This document shows, one piece after another, positions 36,901 to 46,853 of a DNA stretch of 64,000 bases. The position numbers and the translations under genes are program-made. Positions within the stretch are counted from its first letter, which is position 1. Each line of letters starts with the position of its first letter. Location: assembly GCF_964355755.1 (NCBI RefSeq), contig NC_092672.1, forward strand, positions 6,138,001-6,202,000, given 5' to 3'. The notes below the pieces were generated by a model that did not search any database, was not told where the DNA came from, and worked only from the letters and a program-made list of their open reading frames with translations. Origin of the DNA: Antedon mediterranea (lineage: Eukaryota; Animalia; Echinodermata).

Positions 36901-38445
36901 AAAGAAGTTGTTTCAAGAGAGTATACTGTATAGCTCAAATCAATGAATGTTTAAACAAATAAAATCCTCAGATTCAACTTTAGTAGGTCTCTGTTTAGAT
37001 AAAAAACAATTAAATTGTATTGGTTATGGTTTTGGTAAAGCCGTACTTCTTTACTGTATAATTTTTCTTAATGAAGATACAACAGAGGTAGAATGTGACA
37101 GTCAGAGACCATGTCTTCACTAAGGATACCAATTAAATGTTTAAAAGAACAGTAAAAGAATGATCTGTATTAGCCTGGAGTGGTTTCCAATCTCGATTAC
37201 AAAGTGGTATCGTTTGATGATTCATCCAGAGGTAAAACAAACGTGAACCAGATACTAATAAGCGATGTTTGCTACAGACCGTTTGCACGAGGATTGCCGC
37301 GCATGACTGCCTCTGGGGAAAATCAGTATTTGGCTATTTAACTAGCCTTTTTAGGTTAAAAATAACAAATAAGAGAAAACAAGAATATTTTACAGTAACT
37401 TTGATAAATACTGTTTTCATAATAATTCAAAGTTGACAGAAGTACCTGTAACTTGTAAGTCAACAATAGCAAATGGTATTCTTCACGAATAAGAGAATTT
37501 CACTCTTCTCTATTTATGACTAATGAAATAAATGTTTGTTGAATATGAATTTGACTACATAACATTGTTTACTCCTTTACCCCATAAATAATAAGTGAAT
37601 AAACTATAGAAAAAACTTAAGAATCTGTCGCATTCCATGTAAAATGATGATATACCCAGAAGCTAGTTCCAACAGCCACCAAATACACTACAAGGGTTAC
37701 CAAGCAAACACATTCCAAATGTTGACAAGTGCTCTAAAATCAACTGTCATAGTGTCATATTTTTTTAATGCGTACAATAAATTGTTGTACAGTGTAGTTG
37801 ACAACTGGCTTTTGATCTATAAAATATGTCTTGTCGGAATAAAAACACTTACTGCATTTCACAGGTTATAGAAAGGAAAAAAAAACACAAATTGTGACAT
37901 TTAGTTTTGAGCATTAGTAGACATCAAGTGACATTGACATTTACAACAATTATTTTGAACCATTCTTTATACAACGCTATTGTATTCTTTATTTCAAACA
38001 AAGGACGTCATAATTAAAACAATTTTCTTCATGTACAAAAAGTAAATAAATACTGTACTGAAAGTTAATGTAGAATATGAAGAGAACAGAGCATGCCCAA
38101 ACTTCAGACAACATTTTTGATCATAATAATCTTTTCTAATTTAATAATAGGGCCTGTCTAAATTAAACATCACATGTCTTTGACAACAAATCTTTTTAAA
38201 ATTAGTAAAGAACATTTTCATAAAAAGATCACTGTATAATGAATTATTTTTTACATTTATTTTGAAATATTATCAAAACAGGACTAGTAGTACGGTATTG
38301 GTCATATGGTACTACTATGAATATTTGAAATAAAATACTTACCATCTACTCTGATTTGCGATACTGGCTTTCCTAATCCTGTTGTTTTCGGTTTCGCTAT
38401 ACGCGATGGCGGCTTCAAACCAGACGATCTACCGGTCGTAGCCAT
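205..38445 (-). CDS. CLIP1: CLIP-170/CLIP1-type CAP-Gly domain linker protein (multi-exon; 3' end runs off the window start)
   Basis: Exons read by hand, all GT/AG and phase-consistent: 38445-38343 ([20 protein letters not shown]...), 24785-24292, 23803-23661, 23218-22975, 22538-22434, 18256-18215, 16850-16747, 15993-15933, 15528-15424, 15027-14770, 14310-14253, 13768-13685, 13494-13427, 13120-13032, 12312-12147, 4610-4395, 3957-3754, 3404-3181, 2589-2422, 2181-2011, 1346-1179, 806-639, 325-205. Two CAP-Gly domains, a Ser-rich linker, the CLIP-type segment [32 protein letters not shown] and a long E/K-rich coiled coil. Confidence 0.93.
407..562. mobile_element. Harbinger-type MITE copy
   Basis: agctatgtctacactatcaaac...gatagtgtagacagag. 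Confidence 0.8.
1545..1677 (-). mobile_element. tRNA-derived SINE fragment
   Basis: Reverse strand ggccgagtggtta (A box), ctgggttcaattcccgacca (B box), then ctactcggctgtaaatgagta core. Confidence 0.55.
1681..2002. mobile_element. Harbinger-type MITE copy with internal 21-bp unit amplified about 10 times
   Basis: Family ends enclose (tagtgatatacctaaatatgg)n at 1719-1937. Confidence 0.85.
2706..3064 (+). repeat. Polypurine (GA-rich) low-complexity tract
   Basis: Almost pure A/G for about 360 bp; source of spurious R/E/G and L/S/P ORFs. Confidence 0.95.
3532..3625. repeat. Short tandem repeat (tagagttattacatcac...)
   Basis: About 5 imperfect copies. Confidence 0.7.
5583..5676. repeat. 21-bp tandem repeat (aaatcaatatcaatcaataa...)
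   Basis: About 4 copies. Confidence 0.75.
5876..6016. mobile_element. Small MITE with 14-bp TIR and 5-bp target duplication
   Basis: acact|caagctcgtaacca...tggttacgagcttg|acact. Confidence 0.7.
6492..6994. repeat. Compound (GAT)n microsatellite
   Basis: gat triplets interspersed with gagct, ggt, aat and gtca. Confidence 0.95.
7365..7468. mobile_element. Harbinger-type MITE copy (degenerate left end)
   Basis: tttgacaaaaaaagtgtgaggtgcccaaatatggtag...gtttgatagtgtata. Confidence 0.7.
7642..7686 (-). CDS. CLIP1: Putative alternative terminal exon of CLIP1 encoding [14 protein letters not shown] (CAAX)
   Basis: Strong acceptor (cttttctttcttcaatttcatttcacag); phase 0 matches the donor of exon 12312-12147; 14 codons then TAA; U-rich UTR-like sequence follows. 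Confidence 0.65.
   Translation of the reverse strand, partial: RKSKKHNNSDCLLM
8160..8444. mobile_element. Tc1/mariner-type MITE with internal 17-bp tandem array
   Basis: ta|cagtagaacc...ggttccactg|ta (TA duplication) enclosing about 13 copies of cctattaaggggacacc; degenerate relatives near 15730, 23340, 27305, 34540, 48250 and 55252. Confidence 0.8.
10464..10505 (-). CDS. CLIP1: Putative second alternative terminal exon of CLIP1 ([13 protein letters not shown])
   Basis: Very long polypyrimidine tract ending ccacgcttgcag; phase 0; 13 codons then TAA. Confidence 0.45.
   Translation of the reverse strand, partial: PILSKFKSSYSYK
11770..11982. mobile_element. hAT-like MITE
   Basis: TIR cagggctcgattta...taaatcgagccctg with subterminal ctagcccaact/agttgggctag repeats; target duplication not clean. 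Confidence 0.7.
12760..12950 (-). mobile_element. tRNA-headed Deu/Nin-type SINE (degenerate)
   Basis: ccctactctttctgaaataagcactgggttcttttaagtgcac core; ttgaacc B box and cttaactgctcgcca A box on the reverse strand. Confidence 0.55.
15109..15195. mobile_element. Harbinger-type MITE partial copy (opposite orientation)
   Basis: tctgtctatactatcaaactttatgagac...gtgcccatatatgg. Confidence 0.7.
15253..15398. mobile_element. PIF/Harbinger-type (Tourist-like) MITE, reference copy of a family with about 15 copies in the window
   Basis: TIR agctctgtctacactatcaaa...tttgatagtgtagacagagct flanked by TTA on both sides. Confidence 0.85.
16262..16700 (+). mobile_element. SINE with degenerate 5S rRNA head, tRNA-like B box and Deu/Nin-type core
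   Basis: 16262-16376 follows the 5S pattern (gaaacaccggttttcg...aagttaag...tgggccc...tggataggagaccg...ggtgct), then gggttcgagg, ccttaggcaagatgct and ccttcggatggaatgtaaagc...cactattcgaaaagag. Confidence 0.65.
18862..18870 (-). CDS. CLIP1: Putative 9-nt CLIP1 microexon (HYR)
   Basis: Minus strand reads ttttgactttggttgcgtttttcag|CATTACCGG|gtaggt; frame-preserving in a phase-0 intron. Confidence 0.5.
19447..19865. repeat. ~33-bp minisatellite (cccggaatcattgaagcatgctgcttggacttc), about 13 copies
   Basis: Contiguous copies with no spacers. Confidence 0.9.
20380..20830 (-). mobile_element. Possible highly decayed LINE fragment
   Basis: Strand-biased composition and faint resemblance to CR1/L2 ORF2 C-terminal codons; no intact frame. 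Confidence 0.2.
21427..21945. repeat. 133-bp tandem repeat, 4 copies
   Basis: Unit starts gataggaattggtg at 21427, 21560, 21693 and 21826. Confidence 0.9.
22975..23803 (-). CDS. CLIP1: CLIP1 exons encoding CAP-Gly domain 2 and Ser-rich linker (23803-23661, 23218-22975)
   Basis: [48 protein letters not shown]|[19 protein letters not shown]...[15 protein letters not shown]. Confidence 0.93.
24292..24785 (-). CDS. CLIP1: CLIP1 exon encoding CAP-Gly domain 1
   Basis: [62 protein letters not shown] with the canonical GKNDG; acceptor catag and donor gtaagc. Confidence 0.95.
26327..26696. mobile_element. MITE with long imperfect inverted arms (~75 bp)
   Basis: gcgctgcgtgattgctagc...accaaaaatgc mirrored by gcatttttt...ggttggctagcaatcatgcagcgc. 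Confidence 0.6.
29603..29777. mobile_element. hAT-like MITE
   Basis: caggggcggatcca...tggatccgccactg. Confidence 0.65.
31750..31782 (-). CDS. CLIP1: Putative 33-nt CLIP1 cassette microexon ([11 protein letters not shown])
   Basis: cttctctctttgaccgcttcatag|33 nt GC-rich, no stop in phase 1|gtaaat, inside the phase-1 intron. Confidence 0.5.
33541..33945. repeat. Tandem duplication of about 225 bp
   Basis: gataggagtagaacctcct...tgacctgaacaattacatcaattcatgctagaatt...cacactacagtgcc occurs at 33541 and 33766. Confidence 0.8.
36356..36413 (-). CDS. CLIP1: Putative alternative first coding exon of CLIP1 ([19 protein letters not shown])
   Basis: ATG plus 58 nt ending G|gtaaat (phase 1, compatible with exon 24785); CCAAT, CACCTG and GGAAGT motifs upstream at 36480-36545. 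Confidence 0.45.
36556..36800. repeat. Tandem duplication of about 145 bp
   Basis: gattgaatgat...agtcatgtt...cagaacaatag...gatttgaaattcat...aaaacaatagaaatg appears twice. Confidence 0.75.
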
Positions 38446-39633
38446 AATGATATTGATATTTTTCCTTCAGATCATAAAGACTTTTTCGAAAGATGCATTT
38501 TTTAATCTATTGAAAAATAAAAATGAATTAATGACAACACAATATAAAGTATGTTAATATCTATATTAAACATAATAAAAATAATTGGTAATTGAGGGTG
38601 CCCTACAGATGTTTGGTAAATCAGAAGTTTTACTGTACAGTAACTGGTCTTAATAGCTCTTCCTGCTATAAATCTAATCTACTAGTAGTCTACTTTTTTC
38701 CACCAACTACAGGAGATTTGTAAATCACTGTACTACATTTAAAGCAACCCCTTTTTTTCCCTGAAGTGTCCTTTTCAAACTAGAATCAGTCCAGCAGCAA
38801 AAGTGCTAGTAGGTATAGGTCTAAAACTTTTCTTGGTTTTTTATATGCTTGCACTTTCCCCTGCCCCTATTTGTAGAAAAACGAATCACCTTGGCTTAGT
38901 TAAAGTAGCTGTTTAGTTATGTACAGTAGTAGTTTGCCCAAATCTACTGTAGACCAGAGATACACAGTCTAAAAACGAAATGTGTGACAAACATAACAAT
39001 TAGTTTGTTTCTTGTAAACACAAGTTCTTGAAATAAAATTAAAAGGAACCTTTTATGTCCAAACACAAACTAACCTCTGAATTAACAGTTTTTATTCATA
39101 ATGAATGACAATGTACAAACTAGAACAACTACAGAATTTACAAAATAATCCAATAATATTACTACAATGAAATGGGATATTCTCAACATCCTTTTCCCCA
39201 GGAGATGCAACACAATACAAAACTCATACATTCCATTTCCAGAAATATGCATAGAAGATATATTTATTTCCTGCATTCATGATATAGGTCAGTGGATTGA
39301 GTAATTGTCCAGGTAAGTAGCCACAAAATGAAAATTTTGAATATAGTTCATTCTGATAATCTTATTCATTATTCAAAGGTACTTGTTAATTGAATTTGAA
39401 CATTAATATCGCACAGTTAATCAATTGAATTTGGTGTTAACACCATTAATGTTTAATCCCACGAAATATCAAATGGCAAACTTGACATTTCTAGAAGCGT
39501 ATTCATTTCGTTGTCAATTAGTGGTTGAAAAGATTACGATATATATGCAGATCACATATGTCGTCAATAACAATCATGGCTGGAGCACTCTTTTATTATC
39601 AATTCTTTATAAACTACTAATTTCAAAGTATTA

Positions 39634-39799
39634 AGCTCTGTCTACACTATCAAACTAGTTTGACAAAAAAAGTGTGAAGTGCCCAAATATATGGTATTGA
39701 TATACAGTAGCAAAATATGGTAGTGATATGACCATGTCCATATTAATTATTATCATATGTGCACATCACATTTTTTGTCACATAAAGCTTGACAGAGCT
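39634..39799. mobile_element. Harbinger-type MITE copy
   Basis: tta|agctctgtctacactatcaaac...gacagagct|tta. Confidence 0.8.
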
Positions 39800-40389
39800 T
39801 TACAGATTTTTCCAATTAGCTTTATTGAAACAACTTATCCAATCCTAATCTTTACAATATTGCCCTAACACTATAACTACGTTATTCATGTGATAGTAGG
39901 TTTTCATATAAATAGTGCACTGCATGTTTCGCTGACAAATCTCAATTACTGTCCATCATTATACTAATTAATGTTAATTAGCATGCTAAGTGTGTTGCAC
40001 TGACTTGCTGGATCTAATTTCCACATTTAACCAGTTAATTGGAAATTGTCCACGACTGCTGATGGCAAAAAAACCAAAACAGGAATCTACTGAATAAATT
40101 TACCGCATATGACAGTAATTTCACACAAAAATTATCACTTTCAAGATCTGAATTTATTCCCCTTCCCACCTATTAATAATTATACTCGGTGATGATTATC
40201 CTAGAAATTAAAAAAAAATGTAATACATCCACCATTCAGTCAGAAGTTGCATACTGTAATGCAAGTCATAAATTCGAAAATCTCAAGCAAAACGTATACA
40301 TCATCGCCGTGTTGGTCGTTTATTGTTTGTCATCCCTTAACTTAAATTACAACAAAAAACAAGACATCTAAAAAATAATGTATTGAGTA

Positions 40390-43300
40390 CGGGTGTGTCG
40401 AAAGCGAAGACCTCGAAAGCGAAGATCGAAGACCGAAGACCTCGAAAGCGAAGACCCTACGAAATGGTAGTGTACACAAAATCCGACCAAAATCACACAA
40501 AATCGATGATAACACCTTGAATTTACAGGTTCTAAAAAAATATTTCGATTTTAATCGTTATGTTATCAAAAAACATGACTTTATATATGAACAAGCTCAC
40601 TTGTTTTCGCCATGGAGTTAATATGTGATATGGATTTACGAACAAACACATCACGCTATTTGCAAGGCGACGGACGCACAAGAAGGACATCGCACAGAGC
40701 ATTGAATTGAATGCAATATTAAGTCACTTGTTCCGATAACTTTGTAGCACACGTCGCCTACAATTTTAAACCATAGCCAATTGTATAAAAGTATAGAAAT
40801 AAACTACAGTAAGTAAATTGTAAGAAGTAAAGGATGGCGATAGGCCTATTTAGGCTTATTTTAGAGCCTATAAGCCTATCCGTATCATATAGATTTTACA
40901 CTTGTTTTTAAAAATGTTATACGCATGAATACAACTTGGAGATCCATTTTTTTTTTTGCATTTAAATATTATTATGTTGATGTATGTTTATTATCTATAA
41001 TATTTGCCTATTGTCTAAATGTATGAATAAATACAATAATATATTTATTTTCCTTTAGTTATTCTGTATAGTATTTAAAACTTTTACATTTTCCCCATTG
41101 TAGTCAGTATTACTGATTTAATTATTCGCCAGTTCAAAAATGTTTTTTCTAGTGTATTCATAATGGACAAATAATATTATCAGTATCGGTTAGTGTGGTT
41201 GGTGAAGCGACAGTACTATGTAAAGAAAAAAAAAGTAAAAAGTAAAATAAATATTTCATTAACAAACGAAAACATCCTGCCGCAACGTATCGTATTGACG
41301 CGCGCAACATAAGGTTAAGAAAATACTCTTCTATCTATTTTGCATTCCCTCTTACGATGAGAATCATGATGAACGTAAAGCAGAAACGGTGTTGAACACG
41401 TCGGTTCCCACTTATGATGACACGCAAGTTTGCACTTTGCGTCGATCTGGAAACTAATTCCAGCTCTTAAAATATTTCCCGGGCAAAATTTGACAGAATA
41501 TATTCAAATTATGATTTGACAAAAAGCTAAAAAGAACGAACGATAGGCATCCGCGTTCTGCAAATTTTGGTTATAAATCGATCGTTTCATGCGACATATC
41601 ATCAGTTTCACAGCTTCCATAATTCCGAATAACATTTAATTAAGCCATTATGTCAACGTTCACAAAGACAAAAGCAATTCAAATCAAAGATTGAAATACA
41701 AAATATTCGTTCCAAAATAAAGTTGCCGATTTTGTTACGGTTGCAATGTGATTAGTGACGATAGTGTGTTCACGTTTAATATATTTTTCAAGATTAAAAC
41801 GGGTGTTTATTCAAATCGGTATTACGTTTACCGACACTGTCAAAAGACATGTTTAATGAAGTCCCAGTTCCGCCAACCACAATTGTCCTCATCATCGAAT
41901 AAGAATAAGTTTTCAAGCATTGCCCGTGGTGAATACAAAAAGAGATACTCTCTATAAATCTTTATTAAGTGATGGTGAATGTTTATCGGGCTTAACCACT
42001 CTAACCCCCAACCTTCTATCTCACAGGCTTGTGGATGAGACGACTATTCAACAGTCTCCCGATTGTTGACGTCCCGCTTCTAAATGTTTGCATCCCTGCC
42101 ATGAGTCTCCATTAACAAAAGAAAATATAAATTTTAAAAAATTAAAGAAACAGGTTACCGGTTGTGTATAATGACCATTTAAATATAGAATTGACACTAC
42201 ACAAACAAATCTAACAGAATCATACTATTATAACGGGTTAACGATCAAGCAAAATTTTCAGAGGGTGATGTCTATCTATATTTTTGACTTTGACAATACA
42301 AAGATATAAAATAAAGTTCCGTTAGTTCACGGTAAGCTCTTGGGACGAACTGTCATTGGCCCGGGAAATATTTTAAGAGCTGAAATTGGTTTTCAGATCG
42401 AAGCAAAGTGCGCCGTAAGGAAATAACCTTGCGTGTCATCACAAGTGGGAACCGATGTGTTCAACACCGTTTCTGCTTTATTACGTTCATCATACGATCC
42501 GATTAAGAGGGGATGCAAAATAGATAGAAGGTGGATAGATAGATTTTCTGTTGCGCGCGTGAACGTTGCGGCAGATTTTTTTCTGTTTAGTGGTGAAATA
42601 TTTATTTTCCTTTTTACATTTTTCTTTACCTAGTACCGGTACCACACTAAATATTCTGATACTGATATATTATTTGTCTATTATGAATACATTAGAAAAC
42701 ATTTTGAAACTGGCGATTAAGTAAAATAGCAATAGTATACAATATGAATCAAAGATCTTATATACTAAGATATAATAATAAGATCTTTGCTACAATGGTG
42801 AAAATGTAAAAGTTTAAATACAATACAGGAAAATGAATATCTTATTGTATTTATTCATATATTTAGATAATAAACAATAGAAACAGGCAAATATTGTAGA
42901 TAAAAAACACATAGCAACATATTTAAATGCAAAAAAGATCTCTGTAAATTGTATTCACACGTAACATTTTTAAAAGCAAGTGTAAAATCAAAATACGGAC
43001 ACCTTTTATATAGGCTCTATAAGCCTAAATAAGCCTATCGCCATCCTTTACTTTTCTATACTTTTCTATACAATTGGCTATGGTTTTAAATTGTAGGCGA
43101 CGTGTGCTACAAAGTTATCGGAACAAGTGACTTAATATTGCATTCAATTCAATGCTCTGTGCGATGCACTTCTTGTGCGTCCGTCGCCTTGCAAATAGCG
43201 CGATGTGTTTGTTCGTAAAACCATATCACATATTAACTCCATTGGCGAAAACGCGTGAGCTTGTTCATAGATAAAGTCATGATTTTTGATATAAATATAA

Positions 43301-43456
43301 CGATTAAAATCAAATTTTTTTTTCAGGATCTGTAAATTCAAGGTGTTATCACGATTTTGGTCGGATTTTGTGCACACTACCATTTCGTAGGTCTTCGCTT
43401 TCGAGGTCTTCGGTCTTCGATCTTCGCTTTCGAGGTCTTCGCTTTCGACACACCCG
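40390..43456. mobile_element. Non-autonomous MULE-like foldback DNA transposon with ~1.1-kb terminal inverted repeats
   Basis: Ends cgggtgtgtcgaaagcgaagacc...ggtcttcgctttcgacacacccg; 9-bp target duplication TATTGAGTA at 40381-40389 and 43457-43465; arms alignable by eye to about 41495 and 42350; no transposase ORF in the spacer. Confidence 0.9.
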
Positions 43457-43752
43457 TATTGAGTACACCTCCTTAGCTCTGAGATAGCATGCTCCTATAT
43501 GTACTAGGCCTCCTACAGTACGCTAGTTGTGTCTAGGCCTAGTAGGCTAGCTAGGTTTGACCTAGGCCCACTAGGCCTACGTCTTGCCTTAAACTCTAGG
43601 TAGGCCTAACTAGCTAGCCTAGGCACTAGCTTGCAAGAACAGACGTACAAATTAACATCAATCAATGACCATTTCCCACTTTAAATATCGCCTAAAAGCA
43701 AGATACAATGTTAAAGTAATATAATTAATAAATACATTTGATTGTCACTTAC

Positions 43753-43930
43753 CAAATAAAACTGAAATGTGAATATGCTAGCCTGCCCGCCTGCCCATTG
43801 CTCTCATTTTTTACACCGAAAACGCCTCTAGTTTATCGACCGACGACCGGCCAAATGTCACTCGGTTCCGTTGTATATCCGGTCGGGTTTGGTTGCCCAC
43901 CACACAAGAAAATGAGCTTGAGCGAAAGTA
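43753..43930 (-). promoter_or_regulatory. Probable CLIP1 promoter and non-coding first exon
   Basis: CpG-rich patch ending in a consensus donor (G|gtaagtg at 43752); the ATG exon has its own acceptor at 38507-38508, so an upstream UTR exon is required. Confidence 0.55.
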
Positions 43931-44568
43931 CTATGAGGGGCAAAACGTGTTATAAACTAGGTTGAAGTTGTCTCAACATTGAGGGGGGAATACATTTTAT
44001 TATAATAGCCATTTCTGTTTATTTATCATTTCTATTGTACAACAATAGTCTTTTGGCATTTTAACGACTTAATGATTTCATTTACTGTGTACTTGTATTT
44101 ATAATATTGTTTTTAGATTCTGTTTTTTTTACTTTGTACGTTGTTTGCAGAATTATTCAGCCGTTGGCTGCCTTCTGTTTGTACTATTTGTGTTTTTATG
44201 AATAAATACCTACATATAAACATTGAGAACTTGCGCATATATTACATAAAAGCAAATTCAATTAACAATAAGCTGTTTTAAATTGTTTATTATTATATCT
44301 TCAGGATACAAAGTCATAAACGAAAGAGTATACTAGCTGTTTTAAGTATAAATTGTAAACCTGATTGCGCTGAATTAATTCACATTTTGCTAGTGTCTGT
44401 TGGAATGTTCAACCTTGACTAATCCCATATGTAATCCCAACTATGACCTAAGTATTTGGAATACCGAAACTGATATTTTTTAATGTTTTTAGAATTTTAG
44501 GCCCACTCAACTGAACTATTAAATTTACTGATATTATGTCTTCTCTTAAAAACACTATTCCAAAGTAA

Positions 44569-44875
44569 GTTAATCCTGGTGTTCTAATCTCAAATCTGAT
44601 CCTAGATTTGGATATCAATGTTAATCCTGGTGTTCTAAATCTCAAATATGATCCTAGCTTTGGATATCAATGTTCATCCTGGTGTTCTAAATCTCAAATC
44701 TGCTCCTACAGTAGCTTTGGATATCAATGTTAATCCTGGTGTTCTAAATCTCAAATCTGATCCTAGCTTTGGATATCATCTAAATCTCAAATCTGATCCT
44801 AGCTTTGGATATCATCTAAATCTCAAATCTGATCCTAGCTTTGGATATCATCTAAATCTCAAATCTGATCCTATC
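44569..44875. repeat. Minisatellite switching from a ~52-bp to a 36-bp unit
   Basis: gatcctagctttggatatca[atgttaatcctggtgt]tctaaatctcaaatct; the bracketed part is lost in the last three copies. Confidence 0.9.
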
Positions 44876-46853
44876 TTCAGATAACAATGTTAATAATCCT
44901 GTACTACCAGTGTTTTACATTTGTTTAATTTGGATTTTATGATTCGTTTGTCCTTAATAGGGTAACATGTGTTCAGAAGTCTAGAACATCAAACTTTATT
45001 TCGATGGTTAGAATATCGGTTTTGATTTAAATCAAAACTAAGACAGTCTCATTATTATAATATCAAATCAAGATACAAAAGTTTTAGATCACAAATTTGA
45101 TACTACAGATACATTTTGATCTTAATTTTTATGATATAACCACTTAAAGCTATCTAACAAACTGTAAAAAAGTTTACATGAATTTTACAATAACAAAATT
45201 TATACAAATAACAACAATTACACACCCAGTCAAACAGGTTTGAAAAGATTAATTTATATGCCGAAATTGGATAAATACATATTTTTAAATCAACTTTTCC
45301 AATACAATTGTTGATTATTTTATTGTTAAATGTCTATATTGATTTTATAATTTTTTGAAAATATTACAAATGATACAATGTAATCTTTGTGTTTGTATGC
45401 CGTTTATAGAGATGAAGTTACACGCAGAAGACTAAGTAAGCTAACTGTTCAGCGCTCAGAGCGTGTATTGGAAGAGGGCAGTCACTCCCGCAAGATTTAC
45501 AGAAATTTAATTTGCATAAATAACACCTGCTCTTTACTACAAATAATATTAGCATAAGTTACGAATTCAATTTAAACCAAACAAGCTAGGCCTAAGTCTA
45601 CCAATCCAATTTAATACCACATTCAGTTCCTTCAATGCGACTTCTTTTAGCCATACACAAGCTTTAAGTTATTTTGGCTTAGACATTAATCCTACTAAAA
45701 CTAAAAAGAACTGTTTTCACAAAGATTGTTTCATTGGTCAAAATACCACATGTGACATCATACTTAAATGACGCTTGTGCAAAAATTAACAACAGAAACA
45801 GTCGCAGTAAGTGCTTGAATCATACGATTGATTAAACGCAAATCATCAAAATTCAAACTAAAACGTTGTCCCTATTATTCAGTCGTCGGTTTCTAAAAAA
45901 AAAATTGCAAGTCGCAAGGGTGAAAGAACATTAAAAGTAACAGTCTGGGAAATCAACAATTGATTGTGAGAAAAACCATTTCAAAATTGATGGGAAATAA
46001 CAAAGTTACAAAAATAATGGATATAAAATAAAATAATTCTTATCTAATATTTATGCATTACAATTAAAAATCAAAAATAATAACAGTAACTTTTGTAAGA
46101 TCATTAAGTTGGATAAATGTAACCTATTATTATATTAACTATAACATTACTTTTTTTGGTCTAATAATAATAATACAGATAGGACCAAAGATATTACATT
46201 CTTAAAAATATTTTTTAAATTTCCTTTAACTAAAAAGAAGACATACAGTGATGACTTATATCCCTATACTTTTACTCATTTAATAATTTGTAAGTAGAAA
46301 TTGATTTGGTTACATAATCAAGCCGAGAGTTTGGTCAGAAAGGAATGACAATACTGTATATAGTTTTCACTGTCCCACACATCCCAGTTGGACATGAACC
46401 AAACCATGCTCACATGGCCTAGCAAAACTCAATAGTTTATGTATGATGTGTGCACAAACTATGGATGTTTGCTAAGCGATTTGAAAGGGGATTTGAGCAT
46501 AATGATTAAAAATACCATGGTAGTCACAAAACAATTTTTTGCAACATTTCTTCAACATACAACCCATGTTTAAGAGTGCAAGTTGAATTGGTACTTTATC
46601 TCTATCAATACTATATTTCATGTTTTGACATATTTTAATTATAATTCAGAAAAAAATGTACAAAATTGTGGTGTCATTTTCTAATTAATATTTTGATGCA
46701 GTTATTAATGATCATCAAAATATTAAATAATAATTATGCATAATACCTAAATGCTGGATACAAGATTTACAAATTGTTATGTCAAAAGTGATACCCAATT
46801 TATTTTTACATTTCTTATAGTTTTTTTTTTCCTGTTGCATCTTCTTTTACATT

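Noticed and set aside
43144-43383. 79-aa ORF in the foldback arm as a transposase remnant
   Set aside because: No DDE or zinc-finger motifs, and the frame is not kept in the opposite arm because of indels.
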